This document shows positions 55,759-64,000 of a stretch of 64,000 bases of DNA, one piece after another. The stretch spans positions 44,838 to 108,837 of the forward strand of contig CAWINQ010000004.1 of NCBI GenBank assembly GCA_963837545.1. Reading direction: 5' to 3'. Origin of the DNA: an uncultured Actinomycetota bacterium. Lineage in GTDB: Bacteria > Actinomycetota > Actinomycetes > Mycobacteriales > QHCD01. The notes under the pieces were generated by a model. The model searched no databases. It saw only the letters and a list, made by a program, of their open reading frames with translations, and was not told the origin of the DNA. The position numbers were made by a program, and so were the translations under genes. Numbering within the stretch: the stretch's first letter is position 1; each line of letters begins with the position of its first letter.

Positions 55759-57930
55759 TCAGGACGTGGTGTCGCCTTCCTGGTGGTGCCGGCCCGCGTG
55801 CGGCACCGGCTCGCCGAGGATCCGGCTGATCTGCTGGTCGGACAGGCCGAGCTCCCGCAGCCGCCGCAGTGCGCCGTCGTACTCCCGCCGCCGGCCGTCG
55901 AGCTGGGACTGCAGTCGCTGCATCTCGGCTCGCGCCCGGTCGGCGGTCATCACGGCGGTGACGGCCTCGTCGGGATCGGGCATGAGCACGGCGGTCAGCC
56001 GCTCGAGCGCCTCCTCCTCGATCGGGCCGGTGGCGATCGAGGTGGCCAGCGCACTGCGCCGGGCGGCGGTCGAGCCGTTGCCCCCGACCGGGATCGGGCG
56101 GTCGTCGTCCCGGACGGCCGGTTCCGACGGCGGACCGTCGCCGGAGATGGCGAGCCTGCTGCCTTCGTCGTCGGCACCGCCGTCGTCCGCGACGACGGCC
56201 TGCGGCTCGGTCACCGGCGTCGCCCCCGACGGACCCTGCTGTGCCGCCTCCTGCCGGGCCTGGATGGCCGACTGCGTGCGCAGCGGTACCTCCTTCATGA
56301 AGGCCAGGAGGATGAAGGCGACGAAGATGACGGCCGCGCCGATGATGAAGACGATGTCCATCGACTGGGAGAAGCCCACGAAGAACGGCTCGGCCAGCCG
56401 GTGGTCGGCGTGCTTGAGGAACGCGGTGTCGTTGAGTGCCGAACTGCCGACACCGCCTCCGCCGTGCAGGATGCCGAGTATCGGTTTGTTCCCCGGGTTG
56501 GCGACGACGGACGGGTCGTGCACCGCCGACTGGAAGGATGCGGTGTGGCCGGCGGAGACGAACGCGTTCTTGATCTTGCCCCCGACGGTGCTGAACAGCA
56601 CCGAGAGGAAGACCGCCGTACCCAGCGCACCGCCCATCTGGCGAAAGAACGTCGCCGACGAGGTGGCCACGCCGATGTCCTGCGGCGGCATCGCGTTCTG
56701 CACCGCGAGGGTGATCGGCTGCATCACGTTGCCCAGGCCGAGGCCGAAGACCGCGGTGTAGATGCCGGCCTGCCAGATCGGGGTGTCCGCCCCGATGAAG
56801 TGCATCAGCCCCATGCCGACGACCATCAGGGCGGCGCCGACGACCGGGAAGATCTTGTACCGGCCGGTGCGGGAGATCAGCTGGCCGGAGAACACCGAGG
56901 AGGCCATGATCCCGGCCGTCAACGGGAGCAGCAGCAACCCGGACTGGGTCGGTGACATGCCCTTGACGATCTGGAAGTAGAGCGGCAGCAGCGCGATGCC
57001 GCCGAACATTCCCATACCGACGAGCAGTCCTGCCCCGGACGTGATGCTGAAGACGCCGTTGCGGAAGAACCGCAGCGGTATCAGCGCGTCGTCCCCGATC
57101 CGGCTCTCCGCCAGCACGAAAAGTCCCAGCCCGACGACACCGATCGCGTAGCAGATCAGCGCGCCGGCCGATCCCCATCCCCAGGTGCGGCCCTGCTCGG
57201 CGACGATCAGGAGCGGGACCAGCGCGATGCTGATGGATGCGGCGCCGTACCAGTCGATCCGGTGCTCCCGCCGGATGTGCGGGATGTTGAGGGTGTGCCA
57301 GACCACGAAGAGGGCGACCATCCCGATCGGCACGTTGACCAGGAACACCCAGCGCCAGCCGGAGATCGTGAGGATCGACGCGGCGCCGGCGAAGAAGCCG
57401 CCGATCACCGGGCCGATGACGCTCGACGTACCGAAGACCGCGAGGAAATAGCCCTGGTAGCGGGCGCGCTCGCGGGGGGCGACGATATCACCGAGGATCG
57501 CCAGCGCCATCGAGAACAGGCCACCGGCACCGAGTCCCTGGAACGCACGGAACGCGGCCAGCATGTACATCGACGTCGAGAACGCCGAGGCGGCCGAGCC
57601 GATGAGGAACAGCGTGATGGCGATCAGGAAGAGCGGCTTGCGGCCGTAGATGTCGGACAGCTTGCCGTAGAGCGGCGTCGAGATGGTGGCGGTGATGAGG
57701 TAGGCGGTCGTCACCCAGGCCTGGATGCTCAGCCCGTGCAGGTCGTCGCCGATCGTCCGGATCGCCGACGCGACGATCGTCTGGTCGAGGGCGGCGAGGA
57801 ACATGCCCATCATCAGTCCGCCGAGGATCGTCAGGATCTGGCGGTGGGTGAAGCCTCCGGTCGTCGGTGCCTGGCCGTTCTGGGCCGCGGACACCGGACC
57901 CGCCGGCGCTCCGGCGGTGGTCCCACTCAT
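55759..57930 (-). CDS. MFS transporter, DHA2 (EmrB/QacA, 14-TMS) family, with a 178-aa C-terminal extension
   Basis: [17 protein letters not shown] and a DHA2-like TM pattern. The hydrophilic tail follows FMKEVPLRT. The start overlaps the MarR stop (ATGA). Confidence 0.88.
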   Translation of the reverse strand: MSGTTAGAPAGPVSAAQNGQAPTTGGFTHRQILTILGGLMMGMFLAALDQTIVASAIRTIGDDLHGLSIQAWVTTAYLITATISTPLYGKLSDIYGRKPLFLIAITLFLIGSAASAFSTSMYMLAAFRAFQGLGAGGLFSMALAILGDIVAPRERARYQGYFLAVFGTSSVIGPVIGGFFAGAASILTISGWRWVFLVNVPIGMVALFVVWHTLNIPHIRREHRIDWYGAASISIALVPLLIVAEQGRTWGWGSAGALICYAIGVVGLGLFVLAESRIGDDALIPLRFFRNGVFSITSGAGLLVGMGMFGGIALLPLYFQIVKGMSPTQSGLLLLPLTAGIMASSVFSGQLISRTGRYKIFPVVGAALMVVGMGLMHFIGADTPIWQAGIYTAVFGLGLGNVMQPITLAVQNAMPPQDIGVATSSATFFRQMGGALGTAVFLSVLFSTVGGKIKNAFVSAGHTASFQSAVHDPSVVANPGNKPILGILHGGGGVGSSALNDTAFLKHADHRLAEPFFVGFSQSMDIVFIIGAAVIFVAFILLAFMKEVPLRTQSAIQARQEAAQQGPSGATPVTEPQAVVADDGGADDEGSRLAISGDGPPSEPAVRDDDRPIPVGGNGSTAARRSALATSIATGPIEEEALERLTAVLMPDPDEAVTAVMTADRARAEMQRLQSQLDGRRREYDGALRRLRELGLSDQQISRILGEPVPHAGRHHQEGDTTS

Positions 57931-58499
57931 CTGGTCTCCATCTGGGGTCGTGGTGCTGGGGAGGTCGTCGCGTCACGAAGCGGCGACTTCTTGTCGGCGG
58001 CGTGGACGGCGGATTCCAGCTCGCCGGCGAGCCGGTCGAGGAGCACGGCGAGCTGTGTCCGGTCATCCGGGGACCAGTCGGCGACCAGTTCGGTGAGGAA
58101 CCCGTCCCGGATGTCGCGGAGCCGCTCGCAGGTGCGGACGCCCTCGTCGGTGGCCGCCAGGATGCAGGCGCGCCCGTCGGCCGGGTCGGCCCGCCGTTCG
58201 ACGAGACCGATCTCGACGAGGTGGCCGACCAGTCGGCTCACGCGCGACGGATCGACGTAGGCCGCATCGGCGAGCGCACTGGACCGCTGCGGACCGGACT
58301 CGACCAGCGGAACGAGGACGGCGAACGCCGACCAGTCCACTCCCTCGAGCTGTCCTCCCCCGAACATGTGGCCCTTGGCCTTGCCGGCCACCCGGAACAA
58401 CCGGGACAGCGACCGGCCGACCTGCCCACCGCACGGGCCGTCGGAGTGTTCGCGGTCGATGCTCCCGGTGAAATCCCGGAGCTGCTCAGAGATCGTCAT
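57927..58499 (-). CDS. MarR family transcriptional regulator
   Basis: RSSALADAAYVDPSRVSRLVGHLVEIGLVERRADPADGR (winged helix). ATG at 58499. The ORF track starts at 58529. Confidence 0.8.
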   Translation of the reverse strand: MTISEQLRDFTGSIDREHSDGPCGGQVGRSLSRLFRVAGKAKGHMFGGGQLEGVDWSAFAVLVPLVESGPQRSSALADAAYVDPSRVSRLVGHLVEIGLVERRADPADGRACILAATDEGVRTCERLRDIRDGFLTELVADWSPDDRTQLAVLLDRLAGELESAVHAADKKSPLRDATTSPAPRPQMETR

Positions 58500-58613
58500 G
58501 GTCCCGCCGTGACTCCTTACCTGACTCACGCAACTACTTGCTCGCGTCCAGCATCCACCTGTGCATCACTCCCGGCAACGTGTTTTCGTGTGATCCGAGT
58601 CTCGCCACCCCCA

Positions 58614-58697
58614 CCGACAAAACGCACTACTAGTGGGTTGTGGTCGTCCGGAACGGCGTGTCCTCGACCAAAACGCACTACTAGTGGGTTTTGTCGG
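58614..58697. repeat. composite palindromic intergenic element, copy C
   Basis: Half-sites at 58614-58646 and 58664-58697. The second half differs from copy A only by CG versus GC. The spacer contains GAACGGCGTGTC. Confidence 0.85.
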
Positions 58698-58705
58698 CGG
58701 GCGGG

Positions 58706-59371
58706 TCAGGCGGGAACGGCGGTCAGCCAGGAGCGATCAGACGTGCACCAGGCGTCAAATCGCAGGCCGACCCGGGCGAGATCGCGGTCGAGATCGCCCG
58801 GGGTGAGCCGGCGTGCGACGAAGTCGTGCTCCCAGCGCCGGTCGCCGGCCTCGTAGACCGCGGTGGCCTGCAGCAGATCGCCCTGCCGCCGAACGCCGGA
58901 CAGTCCGGTCCGCACGGGTCCCACCGACCCGCCCGTCCCGGCACGCACGGTGTCGAACCACTCCGGCGGGTGCCACTGCGCGACCAGGACGCCGTCGGCG
59001 GCGAGGTGGGCGGCGGCCGTCGCCAGCATCGCGATCCGGTGGCCGCCGTCGGGGGTGTTGATCAGCTGACTCGCCACGAGTACGGCGTCGAAGCGGCGAC
59101 CGAGGTGGAGGTCGGCGATCCCGGCGAGAACGGTCCGTGCGTCCCGGACCCGTGCCAACATCTCCGGCGACTCGTCCACCGCGACGACCGGGTGCCCGAG
59201 TGCGGCGAGCGGTCGTGCGAGCCGGCCGACGCCGCACCCGAGATCGAGCAATGAGCCACCGGGCCGGATCGCGCCGTGGATGATCTCCGGCTCGCCCATC
59301 GGCGGAAGCAGGGAGTACAGCTCCACCGCGCAGCCGTCCGGCGCGATCGGGCCGGGGCCGCGACCGGTCAT
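58706..59371 (-). CDS. class I SAM-dependent methyltransferase
   Basis: Motif I LLDLGCGVGRLARPLAALGHPVVAVDES. The start overlaps the upstream MFS stop (ATGA). Confidence 0.8.
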   Translation of the reverse strand: MTGRGPGPIAPDGCAVELYSLLPPMGEPEIIHGAIRPGGSLLDLGCGVGRLARPLAALGHPVVAVDESPEMLARVRDARTVLAGIADLHLGRRFDAVLVASQLINTPDGGHRIAMLATAAAHLAADGVLVAQWHPPEWFDTVRAGTGGSVGPVRTGLSGVRRQGDLLQATAVYEAGDRRWEHDFVARRLTPGDLDRDLARVGLRFDAWCTSDRSWLTAVPA

Positions 59372-60852
59372 TCGGCCGGGACGCCGACCGGCCGGGCGTC
59401 GAGCGGTTCGCCCTCGTCGCCCCGTGCCCGGGCCGGCTCGCCGCCCCGCGGGGCCATCGTGCCCGCGGCGTCCCGATCACGCAGCGCACGGCCGAACACC
59501 AGGCCGGTCAGGACCAGTGCCGCAGCGGCGAAGAACGCCGCGTGGTAAGCGGTGAGGTTCGGGACGGAGACCCCACCGGCCACGGTCGTCGGGCCGACCG
59601 AGATGATCACCGTACCCAGCACGGCGACGCCCACCGCGGCGCCGAGTTGCCGCACCGCGCTGAACAGCGTCGACGCCCGCCCGGTGTCTGCGGAGGCGAC
59701 GGTGGCCAACGACGCCGCCTGGGTCGGGATGAAGATCGAGCCCATCATCAGGCCCGCCGCGAACATGATGATCCGGACCAGCCAGAGGTTGGTCGTGGCG
59801 TCGACGAAGCCGAGCGATATCAGCAGGAGGGGAACGGTCAGGAAGCCCGTCGTCACCAGCCTGCGCGGGCCGATCCGGGGGTAGATGCGGGTGACGATCT
59901 GGGATGCGGTCATCACCCCGATCGCCTCGGGAAAGGTGTTGAGCCCCGACGCCAGCGCCGACATGCCCAGCCCGTCCTGGAGCAGCAGCGGGAAGGCGTA
60001 GAGACAGCCCAGGAAGCCCGCCGCCGAGCAGATGGTGAGCAGGTTGGTGTTGCGGAACAGCCGGTCCCGGTAGAGCCGGAGGTTGAGCATCGGCTGATCG
60101 ACCCGCAACTCGACCGGCACGAGCACGGCGATGAGGAGGAGCCCGACCAGCCCGGTCGTCAGGATCTCCGCCGACCCCCATCCCTGGGTGGCGCCCTGGG
60201 TGAGCGCGTACATCACCAGCGCGAATCCGACGCCGGACAGCAGGAAACCCGGCAGGTCGAACCGGCCGGGGACCTTCTCCCGGTGCTCGGTGAGGTAGGC
60301 AAGCCCGAAGAAGAACGCCGCGATCCCGATCGGCACGTTCACGTAGAAGACCCAGCGCCAGGACAACTGGTCGACGAGCAGACCGCCGACCACGGGGCCC
60401 AGAGCCGGCGCGGTAGCGGTCGGGATGGTGAGGATGCGCGAGGCCCGGATGCGCTCGGCCGGCGGAAAGGCCCGGTAGAGCATCGCCATCCCGACCGGGA
60501 GGAGCATGCCGCCGCCCGCACCCTGGAGCACTCGGAAGCCGATGAGTTGGGGCAGGCTCTGCGCCAGCCCGCACAGTGCGGAGGCGCCGGTGAAGATCGC
60601 CAGCGCGATGAGCACCACCCGCTTCGTGCCGAACCGGTCGCCGACCCACCCCGACGCCGGGATGAAGATCGCCAGGCTGACCAGGTAGCCGACGGCCACC
60701 GCGCCGCTGGACGCGGCCGGCATGTGGAAGTCGCGGCTGATCGTCGGCAGGGCGACGTTGACGATCGTCGTGTCCATGATGTTGACGAACATCGAGGCGA
60801 CGAAGACGACGCTGACGGCCACCCGCGGGGTGATCGCGCGACCGAATAACAA
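59368..60852 (-). CDS. MFS transporter, DHA2 (EmrB/QacA) family
   Basis: MDTTIVNVALPTISRDF and a 14-TMS-like pattern. The start codon (TTG 60852) is uncertain. Confidence 0.88.
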   Translation of the reverse strand: MLFGRAITPRVAVSVVFVASMFVNIMDTTIVNVALPTISRDFHMPAASSGAVAVGYLVSLAIFIPASGWVGDRFGTKRVVLIALAIFTGASALCGLAQSLPQLIGFRVLQGAGGGMLLPVGMAMLYRAFPPAERIRASRILTIPTATAPALGPVVGGLLVDQLSWRWVFYVNVPIGIAAFFFGLAYLTEHREKVPGRFDLPGFLLSGVGFALVMYALTQGATQGWGSAEILTTGLVGLLLIAVLVPVELRVDQPMLNLRLYRDRLFRNTNLLTICSAAGFLGCLYAFPLLLQDGLGMSALASGLNTFPEAIGVMTASQIVTRIYPRIGPRRLVTTGFLTVPLLLISLGFVDATTNLWLVRIIMFAAGLMMGSIFIPTQAASLATVASADTGRASTLFSAVRQLGAAVGVAVLGTVIISVGPTTVAGGVSVPNLTAYHAAFFAAAALVLTGLVFGRALRDRDAAGTMAPRGGEPARARGDEGEPLDARPVGVPAE

Positions 60853-60949
60853 GGCGGCTCCGGACGGATCGAGGACACTGATGCCGAGCGGTCGCCGCGC
60901 TGCGCCGAACCAGCATCGTTAGCCTACCTCACGATGCGGGTGCCCTGGC

Positions 60950-62326
60950 TCAGCGGATCAGCGCCTGCTTGACGAGCGTGCGGCCGAAGTCCCAGACCAG
61001 CCCGCCGCCCCGGTGCGCGTCCTCCATCACGTCGCCGAAGGCCTCGAGGAAGGTGGACACCTCGGCCGCACCGATGGTCAACGGCGGCAGCAGTTTGATC
61101 ACGTCGATGTGGTCGCCGGCGACCTGGGTCAGGATGTGATGCCGCTGAAACAGCGGTACGACGACCATCTGCGCGAACAGCCCCTGCCGGGCGGCCTGCA
61201 GCATGTTCCAGCCGCCGCGGAGCTTCAGCCCGCGCGGCTTGCCGAATTCGATGCCGATCATCAGACCCCGGCCGCGGATCTCGGAGATCAGCTCGTAGCG
61301 CTCACTCATCGCCTGCAGCCCGGCGCGCAGCTCCTGGCCGGTGCGCTCGGCGTTGGCGACCAGACCCTCGTCCTCGATCACCGCGAGAGTCGCCAGGCCG
61401 GCGGCCATCGCCAGGGCGTTCCCGGCGAAGGTCGAGGCGTGGACGAACACGCGGTCCAGCGAGGAGTAGACCCGCTCGAAAATCCACTTCTTGGTCAGCG
61501 TCGCGCCGATCGGGACGAATCCGCCGGAAAGCGCCTTCGCCACGGTCACGATGTCGGGCTCGACGTCGTCCTCGTACTGGTGGGCGAAGAACCGGCCGGT
61601 CCGGCCGATGCCGGTCTGCACCTCGTCGCAGATGAGCACTGCGCCGTATTCGTGCAGCAGTCGCTGGGCGGCGCCGAGGAACCCGGGCGGCGAGATGTAG
61701 ACGCCCTTGCCCTGGATCGGCTCGACGAGGAACGCCGCGACGTCACCCTTGCGGAGCTCGCGCTCCAGTGCCTCGAGGTCGCCGAACGGGATCCGGGTGT
61801 CCGGCAGCAGCGGAGCGAACCCGGCGCGGAACTCCTCGGCGCCGTTGACCGACAGGGACCCCGCGGTCAGGCCGTGGTAGGCGTGCTCGGCGTAGAGGAT
61901 CCGGCCACGACCGGTAGCGCACCGCGCGAACTTCAGCGCCGCCTCGACCGCCTCCGACCCGCTGTTGCAGAAGAACGCCCGCTCGAGACCCGGCGCCTTC
62001 GCGAGGAGCTGCTCGGCGAAGAGGCCGGCCAGCAGCGGGCAGTCGAACTGGACCATGTCGGCGAGCTCGCCGTCGATGACCGTCCGGAGGGCGTCGCGGA
62101 CCACCGGGTGGTTGCGACCGACGCCGAAGACCCCGAAGCCGGCCAGGAAGTCCAGGTAGCGGGTCCCGGCCCGGTCATAGAGGTAGGCGCCCTCGGCCCG
62201 GTCGTACTCCTTGTCGAAGCCGATGGCATGCAGCATCCGCGGCACCTGGTGGTTGATGTGCCGGCCGTGCAGCTCGTACCCCTCCCCCCGGCGCGCGTCG
62301 AGGAGGCCGTTCAGGTCGAATCCCAT
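60950..62326 (-). CDS. class-III pyridoxal-phosphate-dependent aminotransferase
   Basis: CNSGSEAVEAALKFAR, DEVQTGIGRTGRFFA and TVAKALSGG (PLP lysine). ATG at 62326 (MGFDLNG). The ORF-track start at 62455 overlaps the next gene. Confidence 0.88.
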   Translation of the reverse strand: MGFDLNGLLDARRGEGYELHGRHINHQVPRMLHAIGFDKEYDRAEGAYLYDRAGTRYLDFLAGFGVFGVGRNHPVVRDALRTVIDGELADMVQFDCPLLAGLFAEQLLAKAPGLERAFFCNSGSEAVEAALKFARCATGRGRILYAEHAYHGLTAGSLSVNGAEEFRAGFAPLLPDTRIPFGDLEALERELRKGDVAAFLVEPIQGKGVYISPPGFLGAAQRLLHEYGAVLICDEVQTGIGRTGRFFAHQYEDDVEPDIVTVAKALSGGFVPIGATLTKKWIFERVYSSLDRVFVHASTFAGNALAMAAGLATLAVIEDEGLVANAERTGQELRAGLQAMSERYELISEIRGRGLMIGIEFGKPRGLKLRGGWNMLQAARQGLFAQMVVVPLFQRHHILTQVAGDHIDVIKLLPPLTIGAAEVSTFLEAFGDVMEDAHRGGGLVWDFGRTLVKQALIR

Positions 62327-62403
62327 ACCCGCAGTCTGCTCGACCGACCGCCGGCTAGTCGAGCGGGCACGGCGATAGCCGCAATATTGCTCCTGCCACG
62401 CGG

Positions 62404-62964
62404 TCAGCAGCCCGGGATCGCCTTGCCGGAGTGGACCAGGGCGAGCAGGCCGCACAGGCTCTTGGTCCCGACCTTCCAGGTGCCGTTGTCCAGCACCGAC
62501 TCGCCGGTGCCGTTGGGCAGCACCACCCGGCCGCTCAGCAGGATCTGGTAGCCGACCGCGGCCGCCGTCGCGCTGGTGAACGTGACCGACGTGACCTTGG
62601 AGCTGACCGCCCGGCCCTGCGAGGTGCCGCTCAGCGCCGTGATCGCCGGCCTCAGAACCTGCCCGTTCTGCAGCAACGCGACCCGCTGGGAGGTGGAGGT
62701 CTTCGGGTCGAAGAACGTCTCCCAGTTCTTGGTGATCTGCGTCTTCGCCGCCGCCGGGTCGGCCGGTTGGGAGGCCGACGTGGACGACGACGGGCTGGCC
62801 GACGCACTCGGCGACGTTGAGCTGCTCGCGCTGGCCGACGACGACGCCGAGGTGCTCCCGCTCGATGAGGAACTACCGCAGGCGGCCACCAGCACCAGTA
62901 CGGCGGCACCGAACCCCACGGCCGCCAGCGCCTGCCGCACCGTCCGAAGCTGACCACCCAGCAT
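62404..62964 (-). CDS. hypothetical lipoprotein with Ser-rich linker
   Basis: MLGGQLRTVRQALAAVGFGAAVLVLVAAC (lipobox) followed by a poly-Ser/Ala linker. ATG at 62964. Confidence 0.5.
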   Translation of the reverse strand: MLGGQLRTVRQALAAVGFGAAVLVLVAACGSSSSSGSTSASSSASASSSTSPSASASPSSSTSASQPADPAAAKTQITKNWETFFDPKTSTSQRVALLQNGQVLRPAITALSGTSQGRAVSSKVTSVTFTSATAAAVGYQILLSGRVVLPNGTGESVLDNGTWKVGTKSLCGLLALVHSGKAIPGC

Positions 62965-63114
62965 CCGAATCACCGCCCCCGGGGCAGACCGGCGATCGAT
63001 CCCTGCGATCCCCGGCTCCCCCCAATAGTCCCTCACCTCCCCCACGCGCATCAGCCGAATCACCGGGGCGCACGGGCTACCGTTGATCACAACGGGTCAC
63101 TCAGGTGGTGAGAC

Positions 63115-63585
63115 ATGGCCGGTATGTCCCGGCGCCCGGGCGGACGCGCGATGCCGCCGCACCTCGGCTGGGCCGTGGGGGGCATCGGCGTCGTGCTCCT
63201 GGTGCTCGGCTGGTACGGCGCCTCCGGCGAGGCCCTCGTCGCCAAGCAGCTGCCCTATCTGGCATCGGCCACCGTGCCCGGCGCCGCTCTCCTGGTGGGC
63301 GGAGCGGTCCTGGTGGCCACCGAGCGGAGCGCCCGACGGACGGCCGCCCTCGAGCGCCGGGTCGGCGAGTTGCACGAGCTCCTGGTCGAGCCCGCCGGAG
63401 AGACCCCGCAGGCGAGCGGCCCACCCGGGCCGGGAAGCCTGCTGGCCGTGACCGGAGGGAGCCGGGTCCACCGGCCGGGCTGCCCGCTGCTCGCGGGAAA
63501 GGAGGCCCGCCCGGTCAGTCCCGAGGACGTCACCGCGCTCGGGCTCCGGGACTGTCCGCTGTGTGAACCCGCGCCGGAGCACTGA
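63115..63585 (+). CDS. hypothetical two-TM protein with C-terminal H/C-x...C-x2-C zinc-finger-like motif
   Basis: TM helices WAVGGIGVVLLVLGWY and ATVPGAALLVGGAVLVA. The C-terminus is VHRPGCPLLAGKEARPVSPEDVTALGLRDCPLCEP. Confidence 0.45.
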   Translation: MAGMSRRPGGRAMPPHLGWAVGGIGVVLLVLGWYGASGEALVAKQLPYLASATVPGAALLVGGAVLVATERSARRTAALERRVGELHELLVEPAGETPQASGPPGPGSLLAVTGGSRVHRPGCPLLAGKEARPVSPEDVTALGLRDCPLCEPAPEH

Positions 63586-63588
63586 ACG

Positions 63589-64000
63589 ATGCTCGCCGTC
63601 GACCTCGCGATCGCCGGCGTCGCCATCGGAAGCATCGCCGCACTGGCCGGACTCGGCCTGCTGGCCACCTACCGCGCCACCGGGGTGTTCAACATCGCCT
63701 TCGGTGCGATCGCGATGGTCGTCGCCTACCTGCTCTGGCAGATGGTCCAGGTCTGGGGCTGGCCGGTGGCCGTCGCCGCACCGGTCGACCTGCTCCTCGT
63801 CGGCCCGGGGCTGGGGGTGCTCCTCGACCGGGCGGTGTTCCGCCGGCTCGAGCGGCGCGGGGCCGCACCGGCGGAGAAGCTCGTCGCCTCGATCGGCGTA
63901 TTCGTCCTGCTCGTCGGCCTCGCGTTCCTGCTCTGGGGCGGACAGTCCCGGGTCGACGCTCCCTCTCTCCTGCCCGGCCGGGCACTTTCCCTGCCCGGCG
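63589..64000 (+). CDS. branched-chain amino acid ABC transporter permease (LivH-like), partial, runs off the right edge
   Basis: Absent from the ORF track because there is no stop in the window. My translation is MLAVDLAIAGVAIGSIAALAGLGLLATYRATGVFNIAFGAIAMVVAYLLW..., a LivH/LivM-type N-terminus. The ATG lies 4 nt after the preceding stop. Confidence 0.75.
   Translation, partial: MLAVDLAIAGVAIGSIAALAGLGLLATYRATGVFNIAFGAIAMVVAYLLWQMVQVWGWPVAVAAPVDLLLVGPGLGVLLDRAVFRRLERRGAAPAEKLVASIGVFVLLVGLAFLLWGGQSRVDAPSLLPGRALSLPG

Overview
Very GC-rich Actinomycetota chromosomal segment; third codon positions are almost always G/C. It is mostly housekeeping core, with nearly all genes on the minus strand. 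From memory, gene content and order match the Mycobacterium tuberculosis Rv1292-Rv1322 neighbourhood. Read along the minus strand, the core is: tRNA-Arg(CCG) divergent from argS-lysA-hom-thrC-thrB, then rho, rpmE, prfA, prmC, tsaC/sua5, glyA, wecA, the F1Fo ATP synthase operon (atpZ/atpI-like, atpB-E-F-H-A-G-D ... atpC), a DUF2550 gene, PduO-type adenosyltransferase (+ strand), murA and nucS.

The flexible parts are:
- 1-10.9 kb: a nonapeptide-repeat protein with an RDD protein, an aldehyde dehydrogenase, an orphan solute-binding protein, crotonase, LysR, SDR, MarR and a STAS protein.
- 38-64 kb, beyond tRNA-Arg: a GNAT, an AhpD-like protein, an SQR/TusE/DsrE sulfur cluster, an APH-like kinase, a ROK kinase, lat-pcd with a fused E1 (lysine catabolism), an M50-CBS protease, HAD, a lipoprotein, an S53 peptidase, an ADH, two DHA2 MFS pumps with MarR and a methyltransferase, a class-III aminotransferase, and the start of a Liv-type ABC permease.

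I saw no transposase, integrase, CRISPR array, rRNA or recognisable defence system.

The observations most worth a second look:
1. An Asp-rich 9-residue tandem-repeat protein translationally coupled to an RDD membrane protein.
2. A roughly 80-85 bp composite palindromic intergenic element present three times.
3. A GH3 glycosidase gene inserted between atpD and atpC.
4. An SQR-TusE-DsrE cluster.
5. A lat-pcd-fused-E1 operon.
6. An MFS pump with a 178-residue C-terminal tail.

All calls come from reading the translations and the DNA by eye. No database search was run, so family names are recognition-based. Start codons are often uncertain because the ORF track extends to the most upstream possible start.
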